Below, piece by piece: positions 28,326-41,016 of a stretch of DNA of 63,795 nt. Within the stretch, counting starts at the first letter, position 1. Each line of letters starts with the position of its first letter. The notes below the pieces were generated by a model that saw only the letters and a list, made by a program, of their open reading frames with translations, was not told the DNA's origin and did no database searches. Source of the DNA: Octopus bimaculoides (lineage: Eukaryota); NCBI RefSeq assembly GCF_001194135.2, contig NC_068987.1:34843703-34907497 (forward strand), written 5' to 3'. The position numbers and the translations under genes are program-made.

Positions 28326-28385
28326 CCTTGCATCCAGAGACATGTTTCTGAGTCTTTGCTCGTCATCAGTCTGGAGTAGCAATGG
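28326..28385 (-). ncRNA. Minimal type I hammerhead ribozyme-like motif (Penelope/retrozyme type)
   Basis: Minus strand reads CC-A-UUGC-UAC-UCCAGA CUGAUGA C-GAG-CAAAGA-CUC-A GAAA CAUG UC / UCUGGA-U-GCAA-GG. It has a 6-bp proximal stem I, both core boxes, a palindromic stem III (ACAUGU) and a GUC cleavage triplet. The stem II closing pair is a non-canonical C.A. Confidence 0.7.
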
Positions 28386-28463
28386 CCTGCTCGTTGGAGA
28401 TGCCTGTCAAGCTATCGTAAACATATAACAAGTCTAGTGAAACACATTCACTGATTTCAAAAA

Positions 28464-28597
28464 TAGAAATAATACATTTCTAAATATCTCAGAGAGATTT
28501 AAGCAGTAGTGGTGCGATAAATTAGTTGTATACAACTATGTTCTCGCATCACTACTGCATAAATCTCTCTAAGAGATTTAGCAATGTATTATTTCTA
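28464..28597. mobile_element. 134-nt imperfect palindrome (fold-back MITE-like) with TA at both ends
   Basis: tagaaataatacatt...aatgtattatttcta. Stem of 67 positions with about 7 mismatches and 1 G.U by hand count; centre tagttgta|tacaacta. Confidence 0.75.
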
Positions 28598-29360
28598 GAT
28601 TGGCATGAGTGTTTGTAAAACGTATGCAATGGGATATTAGCGAAACCTTTGTACATTAAGCAATAAGAGATGTTGTATGCAAGACATATAGGCTGTCATG
28701 ATGTATAATAGTTACATATTATTATGTGGTTACACTATAGATCCTCATCACACCACTGATACAATTTGAGTCATAAAGATCCACTACCATATAAATATCA
28801 TGAGTTTACATTCGAGTATTAGAAACTATATCACTGAATCCCATAGACTGAGAAATATTAAAACCAAGCTGGAGAGAAAAATGTGCGAAGGTAAGGGAGA
28901 AGAATTTAAATTTTGATAGATAGATTACTGGATGCCTTATAAGAATGTGCCGCACAACTGGTTCTTGGAGCATCTGAGGCCGTTATGAATCACTGAGAAG
29001 ATAAGGACGACTTGTTCCGTTTTAACATTTAACCACAAGCAAAACACTAAACCAAATACCTACGTATTTTGTAGGCATGCAGTAGTAAGGAAATATACGT
29101 TTGAAATGAGTATATATCATTACACTTATTATTTTCAATCATAGTTATTACCATAATTCATTTCTTAAATACTTGTGCAGAAATGTTCCGCTAATTATTA
29201 ACATCCAATTGGTTATCAATGAACTGTAATTAGCTGGTTTGTACGTTAACAGACGTGATTAGAGCACTGTATTTATTAAAGACTGGAATAATATCCAACA
29301 TTGTCATAGAAAAGGTATCATAGAAAACATCTAAAGAAGAAAACACTTGTTATCAAATGA

Positions 29361-30207
29361 TATAATTTATCGACACAGAAATGTTGCAGTGCAAAGTCTG
29401 CAACAGTAAAATTTGAACTGACATGTATCAAAGGTGGAAGAAATACCGCTAAGTACATTATCCAATGCACTACACATTCTGGCTGCTCAACGCCATAGTG
29501 ATGATGACGATAATGATTGCAAATTTTGGCACGGGGTCAACATTTCAGGGATGGGGCTAAGTTTTTGGAGTTGCCGACTCCAAAATTAGTGTCCCTATCA
29601 TAATAACTTAGATCCGGAAATAATGTTCTATATCAATGGACCAATTGACTATTAATTTTCTAACTGATGAAATGTCTGCCACTTGCAATACAGGCGCACA
29701 CAGAANNNNNNNNNNNNNNNNNNNNNNNNNNNNNNNNNNNNNNNNNNNNNNNNNNNNNNNNNNNNNNNNNNNNNNNNNNNNNNNNNNNNNNNNNNNNNNN
29801 NNNNNNNNNNNNNNNNNNNNNNNNNNNNNNNNNNNNNNNNNNNNNNNNNNNNNNNNNNNNNNNNNNNNNNNNNNNNNNNNNNNNNNNNNNNNNNNNNNNN
29901 NNNNNNNNNNNNNTAATAGTCAATTGGTCCATTGATATAGAACATTATTTCCGGATCTAAGTTATTATGATAGGGACACTAATTTTGGAGTCGGCAACTC
30001 CAAAAACTTAGCCCCATCCCTGAAATGTTGACCCCGTGCCAAAATTTGCAATCATTATCGTCATCATCACTATGGCGTTGAGCAGCCAGAATGTGTAGTG
30101 CATTGGATAATGTACTTAGCGGTATTTCTTCCACCTTTGATACATGTCAGTTCAAATTTTACTGTTGCAGACTTTGCACTGCAACATTTCTGTGTCGATA
30201 AATTATA
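29361..30207. repeat. 294-bp apparently perfect inverted repeat flanking an N-gap
   Basis: 29361-29654 is the reverse complement of 29914-30207; the spacer is 51 nt plus 208 N. Confidence 0.9.
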
Positions 30208-30371
30208 AATTATAGCATAATATTATATCCGATATAGTGATTGTGCATAAGTCAACGCAGTGGACAAAACTAAAGACACACGTTTGCATTCATAATATTT
30301 GTAGCAAAGGAATGTCCCATATATAATCCTTTCTACAATAGCCACAAGGCTTGAAATTTTGGTGGAGTGGG

Positions 30372-30538
30372 CTAGTTGATTACATAGACCTCAGTGCGTA
30401 ACTGGTACTTATTGCATCGACCCCGAAGAATGAGAAGCAAAATGGCCCGACAGAAGATGAACTCAGAACGTACGGACGGACGAAATGCTTCTATGCATTT
30501 TGCCGGCCGTGCTAATGATTTTGCTAGCTCGCCACCTT
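30372..30538 (-). mobile_element. tRNA-derived SINE family B
   Basis: Reverse complement: aaggtggcgagctagcaaaatcattagcacggccggcaaaatgc..cgttctgagttca..ttcggggtcgatgcaataagtaccagttacgcactg. A 3'-end fragment of the same family lies at ~30600-30690. Confidence 0.82.
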
Positions 30539-31019
30539 TTCCCCGTATATAATCAAAAGATATATGTTCTGGATGAACAAGTCTGAATGCAATTTCGAAA
30601 TAACATATATTGGTTTCAAATTTTGGCATAAGGCTAGCAAATTTTGTTAAAGGACTAAGTCGATATCATCGAACCCACTGGTTAGATGATATGTCAATTA
30701 GTGTGTTGAGTAAAGCACGTTCACAATTTGCGCTACATGGTATCATCCACGGTTGGCGTATATTTCACTAGATCTACTTCAGGAATGTCGAATTGTTAGC
30801 TGAGATAATAATGGATGAAAGAAACAGAAGGTAGATGTAGCACAAGTTTGTAATCTTTCTTTGGTAGGTTGTACTTTATATTTTATGATTGTATGATTTA
30901 AATTTTTTGTTGCATATTCACGGACAACTGTTTCCAGCCATAACCAAAATACAGCAGGCACGAACAAAATGTCTGGGATATCTCAGTATAGACAACGTGC
31001 CCTCCTCTTTATTATGTGT

Positions 31020-31132
31020 ATAACTGATGTGACACAAACTGCACGGATTGATGCAGCACAATTAGATGCACAAAATCCTACCCATAACAGACTGTTGCAG
31101 GATGCGTCGAAACAATTGTCGTACTGAATAAA
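31020..31132 (+). other. Degenerate hammerhead-like motif followed by AATAAA (Penelope pLTR-like)
   Basis: CTGATGT (31024-30), GAC..GTC, GAAA (31109-12), palindromic ACAATTGT, C, then AATAAA at 31127-32; stem I is weak. Confidence 0.35.
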
Positions 31133-31199
31133 GATTTGTGATTAATCTATCATCTATCTCCTTCCTCAATTATTATTATATATATGCATGAAAATGTAT

Positions 31200-31365
31200 A
31201 TGACGTGCATCATTCAGTTTCCATCAACCAAGTCCACTCACAATGCTTTGGTCTACCCGAGGCTACAGTATAAGGCATCGGACCAATGTGCTACGCAGTG
31301 GGACTGGACTAGGGACAATGTGATTGTGAAGCAAATTTCTTACTACGCAGCACTCCTGATGGCGC
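31200..31365 (-). mobile_element. SINE family A, 5' part (degenerate)
   Basis: Reverse complement of the family-A head (cagtttccatc..ccactcacaatgctttggtc..cgcagtggga). Confidence 0.7.
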
Positions 31366-32005
31366 TCATAATATATTAGAAATTTTACTATAAATTTTAA
31401 TGTTTTTATTACCATTTTTTAACGTAGACTTTAATACTTAGTTAATCTCTTAATCTACTAAACTTAATCAGTTGTGGAGAATTTCAGCGTAGAGTAAACT
31501 GTGAATAGTTTATGCTCTGTTCTGAATTGTTCCTAATTTTTGCTTTAAGAAAATAATGGTTTCTTTTTCGAACAATAAGTAAAATGATAATATTAATCAC
31601 GAAAGTGAAGGCTGACAATGGCTCAAATGGTGTGAACTGAAATCAGAAACAGAAGGCATTGTGTGATCAATGACTGGCTGCACAAAAGTACATCAATAAA
31701 ATAATGAAACATGAAGCTAGCATCGAGTGCAGACAAATCGATCTGCACAATGAAAAGATTAACCATACCACTTCTGGCTGCGTAATCCTTGCACCTTTCT
31801 ATATATATATATATATATATATNNNNNNNNNNNNNNNNNNNNNNNNNNNNNNNNNNNNNNNNNNNNNNNNNNNNNNNNNNNNNNNNNNNNNNNNNNNNNN
31901 NNNNNNNNNNNNNNNNNNNNNNNNNNNNNNNNNNNNNNNNNNNNNNNNNNNNNNNNNNNNNNNNNNNNNNNNNNNNNNNNNNNNNNNNNNNNNNNNNNNN
32001 NNNNN

Positions 32006-32059
<54 letters not shown>

Positions 32060-32999
32060 CATATATATGTATGTATGTATGTGTGTGTGTGTGTTTCCTT
32101 TATTTACACTAGTACGGCGCATGTTATTTTATGGTCATATGTTAGGTAGATTTTATGCATGGGCGTCTTCTTCTAGGATGTAGGCGACTTGTATACGTAC
32201 TTGTTTGCCCTTGATATATATTTATATATTAATTTATATATATACAGATATTGAAAGAGAGACAGATATTGCCCATCGGCCTCTTTTGACGAACAGGCGG
32301 GTTACATCGTTTCTCAAGCGTCGGTGGGGACAAACACAGGTACAAAGACAAGTTTGCGCAAACACACAGTCAAAGACACTCGCCCACAGTCCCCATAACA
32401 CTCAGCAAAGTCTCACATACACATGCACACACACACAGATATATGTATGTATGTATGTATGTTTGCATGTATGTATACAAGAAATATTATAGATGTGTAT
32501 ACATTCATATACCTAATTAAAAAAAGTCAGTTTTGTTTTGTAATGAAGGTGATGTTGAAGGGATTAAATGTAAACGTTAGTAATGCGTACACACACTAGA
32601 AGCATAACATACCAAGTGAAGATGTACGTGAATACGTGCAAATTGAGTGAACATGTTCAGCAACAATGCATCAGTACCTCCTTCAATATCAGCTACGCCT
32701 TAGTGCGGAACTGCCGGAATCGGTAACATGCAACGCGAAATACATAGCACTCCTTGGAAATTGCTGGTCATCTCTCACAATTTGAAACCAATATCAAGTA
32801 CAACAATACGATCAGCAGCATAACTGTAAATCGTCCAAATGTCACGACACACAAAAAAACAAAACAAAAAAGAAAAACAAAGCTATACCTCAAATAAAAT
32901 GTGATATGTTATAATNNNNNNNNNNNNNNNNNNNNNNNNNNNNNNNNNNNNNNNNNNNNNNNNNNNNNNNNNNNNNNNNNNNNNNNNNNNNNNNNNNNT

Positions 33000-33095
33000 A
33001 TATATATATAATATAATATAATATAATATAATATAATATAATATAATATAATATAATATAATATGGTATAATAAAATATAATATAATCTTAGATA
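33000..33095. repeat. (AATAT)n pentanucleotide repeat
   Basis: Directly visible. Confidence 0.9.
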
Positions 33096-33593
33096 CTTCT
33101 TGCCACAAATTATTTTTGCTGCAGTGTTGGAAATCTGTGATAAAATGTACATAATATATAATGTTCCAGTGTTTTGTAAATTATGTACAACAATACTGGT
33201 GCTAGTAGTAGTAGTAGTAGTAGTAGTAGTTGCAGCGGCAGCCATGAAATCGTCTTTCAAATATTTTGCAAGTGCTCCATCACTAATAAGCCAAAACATA
33301 TAATGTACACAGAATAATAAACTGCACGCTATATTATTCAAATATATATGGCAAAAAAATCTTGTATCTTGCGAATTCCAAGAAGGGATGTATTCATTAT
33401 ATACGTCCTTGAGTATGAGAGTGTTCGTTGGTACATGCATGTACACACAAATACAAACACACACCCATCACACACACACATATACACGATCAAATATATA
33501 TGCATATATATATATACATACATGCATATATATATATATACATACATGCATATATATATACATATATATATGCATACATACATACATATATAC

Positions 33594-33625
<32 letters not shown>

Positions 33626-36229
33626 GTGCGCGTGCGCGCGTGCGCGTGTGTATACATATATATGCGTTCTATTTCCAAGAGCCGAATTCAAAGTGAAATC
33701 ACCATTCAAGTATATCGGGATATTAGAAGGATAAGCACCGGATTAACGTAGAAATAAAACTAGAAATAGAAACAGATCAGAAAATAAGTATATCTGAGAA
33801 CCAAATACTAAATTTGGGACTGCATTGTCTTTGATTATGCACAAAAACAAAGGAGATTCAGAGAAAATAATACGTAAGTATGCACACGCAAATACGGTAA
33901 TATATACGATGCCTATATGTGTGAGGGAAAGGAATGGGCATGGGACATTCGATTGGAATCGTTACCTTATAATCATAGATATATATATATAACATATTCC
34001 ATATGATTGCAGTTTCTTTAGGCTACACAAAGAAATTGCAGACAACGTATTCATGAATACATGGAGTGTACGAGTGTATGCATACACAAGCACACATATA
34101 CACATATATAAGTACACACAAACATATATATATATATATATATATATATANNNNNNNNNNNNNNNNNNNNNNNNNNNNNNNNNNNNNNNNNNNNNNNNNN
34201 NNNNNNNNNNNNNNNNNNNNNNNNNNNNNNNNNNNNNNNNNNNNNNNNNNNNNNNNNNNNNNNNNNNNNNNNNNNNNNNNNNNNNNNNNNNNNNNNNNNN
34301 NNNNNNNNNNNNNNNNNNNNNNNNNNNNNNNNNNNNNNNNNNNNNNNNNNNNNNNNNNNNNNNNNNNNNNNNNNNNNNNNNNNNNNNNNNNNNNNNNNNN
34401 NNNNNNNNNNNNNNNNNNNNNNNNNNNNNNNNNNNNNNNNNNNNNNNNNNNNNNNNNNNNNNNNNNNNNNNNNNNNNNNNNNNNNNNNNNNNNNNNNNNN
34501 NNNNNNNNNNNNNNNNNNNNNNNNNNNNNNNNNNNNNNNNNNNNNNNNNNNNNNNNNNNNNNNNNNNNNNNNNNNNNNNNNNNNNNNNNNNNNNNNNNNN
34601 NNNNNNNNNNNNNNNNTATATATACATGTAGGTGCCAGTATGTTGAAATGATGTTTGTTTTGCAACAACAAGACAGTAGGTGCCACCGTAAAGCGAAGCC
34701 TTTCTATCTCTTTCCGTAGCCCCGAGCAAGCCTATACTTAGCGTGTAGTTTTCAGCGGAGGAAAACTGTTTTGAATGGTATCGGTTAGCTTGCGGCAGCT
34801 ACGCAAATAGACGGCCCTTTTCACCCGTTTTTTCATGAATCGTCTGCTAGAGAATTACGATATGAGTACCCATAAATACATGTATACAGTCGAACGAACA
34901 CGTACATGTCACACATTCACCGTAACTGAAAATTATTGTATGTTGCCCCCATTTTCGTTTATATCCTTATAAACTTCTGATGAAGCAACGTTATTAAGGA
35001 ATAAAAATTTTGACTGCAAACTACTTAAATATTAGACGCGTATAAACATTAACCTAAAATCGTGGGACCAAAAAGATGGATTTAATTCGACTTAGTCCTA
35101 TATCAGGACGTGAAAGTCCCAATACAACATGGAGTAAAACGTGGGATGGTATCTATATGCCGTAGGACACAAAAATCCACTGGATAACAAATTAAACAAT
35201 GAACATATACGCCTCAACGTAAACTTAATCGTAATTTAATAAAACAGAAAACGACAGCATCATTAACAGTTGATCTTATGGAAATCATTATGGTTGGAAC
35301 TCCATGAAATAACTTTCAATCCACACATGGTGACACTGCCCAGCTAAAATGTTAAATGCTCCTTTTAAATTTCAAATTTTAAATATACGTTACAAGTCGT
35401 TTGCGTGTAATTGAACAGTGTTCCCACAAAGTATAAAAGAACATGTACCTTGGGAAAGCCACAGAAAATGCATACGTTTATAATGTTTCTAGAAAACGAA
35501 AGGATTGAAACCATGACCTAATTATCATCATTGAAATTAAGAGAATATTAACCATGAGACTACAGGTCAATGAACACGATTTCATTAAAAATCAATACCG
35601 GACAAAAAATATTACTTGTTCAACCTAAGCAGTAATAACGTAAAAAAAAATGTATAAATATTTCACTGCGTTTACGAAAACACTACTTTATATAAGGAAA
35701 CATATCAAACTACATTTACACCTTGTAGCTAACAGATGTATTGCAGGCAACACATGAGACCAGCACACACACAAACACAAAGACATACTTATTTATATAT
35801 GCATAGATATGAATAAATATATACACAGGGATATGCAAATATATGCATAAAGATATATCCATATATCTATTCAAAACATTTAGCATTTCTCTCCCTATGT
35901 ATGGGTATAGAGACACACATGTGTGTGTGTGTGTGCTCACGCGCACGTGAGTAATAAGCGTATATGTTCATCGGAGCTTCAGACATATCCGATTGGGCAG
36001 CTAGTGACGGGATGCACATACGTTATGCTGAATTGTCAATCTTTCATATCTTAAACTTCTAAGTCTGGGTCGTCCTTCATTCTTGCTAAATTGTCAGAAT
36101 TTGTAGAAATCGCTTACTTAGGTATTATTTGATTTTCTTCATAGGTAACGTAAGTGGGCTTGGACAAGGCTTACATACTACTGCGTAGTTTTGGGACATT
36201 CTGTGGCAAATATATATATGTGTGTGTCT

Positions 36230-36735
36230 GTGTTTGAAACAAGTTTAAGTATTCATAAATGCACATTCATCTATATCTGTTTCATGGCACACTTAAAAAT
36301 ATTGTCTCCTGATGTATATTTTATTTCCACAGTCATGTACACACCCAAGCAGAAACGAAGAGATATGTCATTACACACGCATAGATATGTAGCTGCTGCT
36401 GTTTAGTAAAGTGTATTCTAGTCGTCAACCTAGAATACACTGTAAACTTCTTACCATTTCATAGATTATTCTCAGGATTTCCTTCCATTTGCTGCATGTG
36501 AAATTCATATTTGTGACTTATTGATTCAAAGATCGATCGCTTTAACCCGCCACCAGCAACTACATCTCTATCCTTTGAAAAATCCTCCTTCTTTAACTTG
36601 TTAAAAGATATTTCATTTTTACATATCCTTGTCATACCATCCCGATTTCGTTTAACTGCTTTTATTTTAGTCTTGCTCACATTCCTCTTGCCATCTGCTA
36701 CGCAAGTAAATGAGTAGGTAGGCTGTGCGTGTCTG
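36230..36735 (-). repeat. Duplicated segment, copy 1, containing a 240/243-nt exon-like cassette (36455-36694/36697)
   Basis: Direct repeat of ~41910-42415. Minus-strand acceptor ttacttgcgtagcag| and donor |gtaaga; one nearly open frame, DGKRNVSKTK...ENNL*. Confidence 0.85.
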
Positions 36736-36838
36736 TGTGTGTGTGTGTATATNNNNNNNNNNNNNNNNNNNNNNNNNNNNNNNNNNNNNNNNNNNNNNNN
36801 NNNNNNNNNNNNNNNNNNNNNNNNTATATATATATGTA

Positions 36839-37245
36839 GGCGCAGGAGTGGCTGTGTCGTAAGTAACTTGATTAGCAACTACATGGTCCCGGTTTCAGTT
36901 CCACTGCGTGTCACCTTGGGTAAGTGTCTTCTACTACAGCTTCGGGCGAACCAAATCGTTGTGAGTGGATCTAGTAGACGGAAATTGCAACAAACCTCTC
37001 GTAAATGCATATATATATATATGTATATGTTTGTGTGTGTATGTGTTTGTGTGTCTGTTTGTCCCCTCCACATCACTTGACAAGCGATGCTGGTGTGTTT
37101 ACCGCCCTGTAACTTAGCGGTTCGGTAAACGTGACCGTTAGAATAAGTAATAGGCTTACAAAGATTAAGTTCTGCGATCGATTTTCTAGACTAAAGGCAG
37201 TGCTCCAGCATGGCCGCAGACAAATGATTGAAACAAGTAAATGAG
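36839..37245 (+). mobile_element. SINE family A, full length, with internal (TA/TG)n
   Basis: ggcgcaggagtggctgtgt..caccttgggtaagtgtc..gactaaaggcagtgctccagcatggcc..gaaacaagtaaa. Confidence 0.9.
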
Positions 37246-37273
37246 TAAATGAGTATGTGTCGTGTGTATGTGT

Positions 37274-37311
<38 letters not shown>

Positions 37312-37321
37312 NNNNNNNNNN

Positions 37322-37359
<38 letters not shown>

Positions 37360-37449
37360 AAAACATTCAGGATCCAATAAACTCCACATATTTTAGTAAC
37401 AAAGGCACTAGGGTAGATCGGGGATAGCAGAGCAGTGTGTACTAACACT

Positions 37450-37640
37450 CAAGTACTTGCTAAAATTTACAAAAGCAAGAACGGATGTGCCCATTCAGTT
37501 ACGAATTATAGACCAAGTATAGACCAAATACAAATCATATCCGTAATGGTACATGGGATTATAATCCCCGACATGCAGTTTGCGGCACACTGTACACGCA
37601 AGATCCAATGCAGGGAAGGTTCCCAGTGAGAAACCACACT
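37450..37640 (+). mobile_element. Possible highly decayed LINE RT fragment
   Basis: AKIYKSKNGCAHSVTNYRPSI resembles the RT motif PIxKxG..NYRPIS; there is no further support. Confidence 0.25.
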
Positions 37641-37784
37641 CAGAATCTACCCTGCGTTACTGATAACCTGGGGTTAGAACGCATTATGCACATGCTTCAT
37701 GACGAAGCATCGGTTGATTGCAGAGGAATAATAAGAAATTAGAATGACAACGGAATAACAACTTAAGTCATGAATACCATTAGG

Positions 37785-37978
37785 TTACAGCTGTTCCTGC
37801 TATAAGAAACAAAGCACTAATGGCAAATGCTTGGGTATAACCCTATAGCTTCATCGGAGCTTCTAGCATAGAGTGCCATTTCATATTTTTCTGAATATAA
37901 CCTCACTTCATTTTTAACCTCTGTTGAGGATATAGAGTGTTACACAAGCATTGCTTCTTAAAGTAGAAACAACTGCAA
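37785..37978. mobile_element. Old fold-back/MITE-like element with imperfect ~60-bp inverted arms
   Basis: ttacagctgttcctgctataagaaacaa..atgcttgggtataaccctatagcttcatcggag versus the reverse complement of 37918-37978, ttgcagttgtttctactttaagaagcaatgcttgtgtaacactctatatcctcaacagag. Confidence 0.55.
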
Positions 37979-38759
37979 GCTAATAAATTTCATGACTTAA
38001 TTTCGCATTCATTTGTGATTCAAACTTCTTACAAGTAAGAACGCGCACACACACAAGCACACACATACACAGGCATACACATGCACACATATTTATATAT
38101 AGACAGGGTAAAGCAAATGTGAACGAGGTAAATCTATAAGCTCGTATTCTCCACCCTTACCCGTATTTTTCCCTCATTTCATTGTAGTATAGGACTGTAA
38201 ATAGCTAAATATGCGCAATTTATAAATTTATGAGTAAAAAATATTTTCAATTATATGTACAGAAATTTAATAAAATGGTTCTACATATATTTTTATGGAA
38301 TTTATATTGAAAACTATATTATATTTTTATATATATATATTTTCCATAATTTATTTTTGTAGAGAGTAGAGTGCGAAGGATCAGACATTTTAAGAATCAA
38401 TTTGTTCTTAGTGAACAATATATTTCTTTAATATATATAAAAGGATATTAGATATTTTAAATTGAATGACAAAGTATGCTTGATATTGTTTCAGTGTTTA
38501 ATAATATACAATTACGATTCCATTATGGACCTCAATAAAGAAATCATTGTTATTAATAAAAAGCCATTGTTATAGCGATGCCATTATCTAATTCTATTCT
38601 TTTGCAAAATTAAAACGTCTGGTAGACCTCGGTCGCAGTAACTTAAAATATTACTAATCGGGAAAAGTGTCATGAGATTGCAGATACATATACAAATACA
38701 TCCATATGTGAGTCATGCATATGCATGTATAACTACACACACATATATGTGTATATACG

Positions 38760-38802
<43 letters not shown>

Positions 38803-39291
38803 CAATATATATTTATATATATATACATGTATATGTGTGTATGTATATATGCATATAATGAAAGAGAGATGATGAGTGTGAAAGATAGATAGATACATAC
38901 ATACATACATACGTAGAGAGTTAGTGAAGCAGACAAATATATATCAATAATAATATGAAGATCGGAGAGATCACAATTTAAAATTTATGAAACAGACAAT
39001 CGACACCGTTGGGATTGAATAAGAAAATGAATTTACAGCAATGTCACGATTTGTTTTAGCTATCGAACTTTAGAAATTCTGAAGCAATTCCTAAAAAATA
39101 GGATTGTTCATTATTTCACTCTTCTGTTAGACAGTCATAAGTGTCAATCGACAACGCCTACTACTTATATCAGGTGAATTTCGAATGAATGTAATGAGGA
39201 TTATATCTGAATTGTAAATGAAACCTATAACCAATGATTTTTTCCGACGCTCTGCAGATTTTGTTAGCCAATTAATATTCAAGATAGTAAA

Positions 39292-39455
39292 TGAGGCGGC
39301 GAACTTGCAGAATCTGCAGACTCTGGGTGAAGCGCTTAGTCATTTCACCCTTCTTCACGATCTGAATTCAAAATTCTCCCAGGTCGACTTTACCTTTTGT
39401 CACTTCCGTGGTCGATAAAATAAGTACCAGATAGGTACTGGGATCGATATAATCT
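39292..39455 (+). mobile_element. SINE family B
   Basis: gaggcggcgaacttgcagaat..ccaggtcgactttacctttt..gtggtcgataaaataagtaccag..ctgggatcgatataatc. Confidence 0.8.
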
Positions 39456-40630
39456 TCTTAAACCCCTCATCTGAAATCAATATATCAGGTGGTAAAGAGA
39501 AGTGTATAATGAACTTACATCATTTTTGGCAGATCCTATGTACAATCTTCAGTCATCATTTTGTATCTCAGTTTGGATATATTCTGGTTTTAGTTCATGT
39601 ATATTTCTGAAAAAAGATTAAGTTTTGTTTTATTTTGAAGTTAAAGTCGATTGAATATGGTAAAAGTAAACAAACACTAAATTCATAAACGAAGGGACCA
39701 CTCGCACATGTAAAATGATTTATACATGCATATATGCATATATATATATATGTGTATATAGTTGAATACATTTTGGGTAAAACCGGGTAATATCTTGTCA
39801 TATGTTATACAAGGCACGACTTGAAGTATGTCACCATACTTGGGAAATACTCCTGCCACTGGATATACATTTGGAATTCCTTCCATTTTCTTTTTTTTCA
39901 TCTCTATATGTATACATATTGTTGCTGTTATGCTAAAGTGCCGTACGTCAACATCATTGCTCTTTCAGAAAATGAAAAAATAGTTTCACCATTCCATAGC
40001 AAAACCGTAGTGCTAGACGTAGACAATGTTTGATATCTTAGCATCTTTAGCAGTTGGAGATACGATATCTTCACCAAAAAATAAAAATAAATATTGAAAA
40101 ACCAAAAAGACAAAATAAATATACATTTGTTCAAATTTGGACATACGCCATAACATAATAGCAAAGATTTATTAATAATAGTATAATAAACATATAAGTA
40201 CATCCATAGATATATACTTAGATATACACGAATGCATACATATCCATTCATATACTTGCATAGCGGTGTTAACGCATATAATATATAGTGAAAGTTACGG
40301 GGAAAAAAATTGTTGCACAAATAATTTATCACTTTCATACATGTGAATTGGAAGATGGAGTCACAACATTTCGGGGATTTCATTATCATCACAAAAATGG
40401 AAGTATAAAGTGTCGGAGAGATAATTATCGTTTAAAAAACAATAAGATAGAAAAAGAGAAAAGAAATGGAGAAAAGGGAAAAGGAGAAGCGGAAGAAAGC
40501 TAAAAGAGACTTATGAGAGAGAAATATATGAAAGATATGTGTGTGCTTCACTGCGTATACACACACACACACACACCCACACATACACACACACACACAC
40601 ACACATACACACACACACGCNNNNNNNNNN

Positions 40631-41016
40631 TTTCTTCTATTTGTTTGAATCATTTGACAGCGGCCATGCTGGAGCACAGTCTTTAGTCGAAAAAATCGAC
40701 CCCCGGACTTATTCTTTGTAGACCTAGTATTTATTCTATCGTTTCCTATTACCTGAACCGCTAAGTTACGGGGGACGTAAACATGCTAACATCGGTTGTC
40801 AAACGATTTTGCGGGACAAACACAGACACACAAATACACACACAAACATATATTCGACGGGCTTTTTTCAGTTTCCATCTAACACATCCACTCACAAGGC
40901 TTTGGTCGGCGCAAGGCTAAGCAGAAGTCACTTGCCCATGGGTCCCCGCAGTGAGACTCAACACGGATCCATGTGGTTGGGAACGAAGCTTGTTACCACA
41001 TAACCAATCTTGCGCC
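40631..41016 (-). mobile_element. SINE family A, full length
   Basis: Reverse complement of the copies at 19808 and 36839 along the whole length. Confidence 0.88.
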
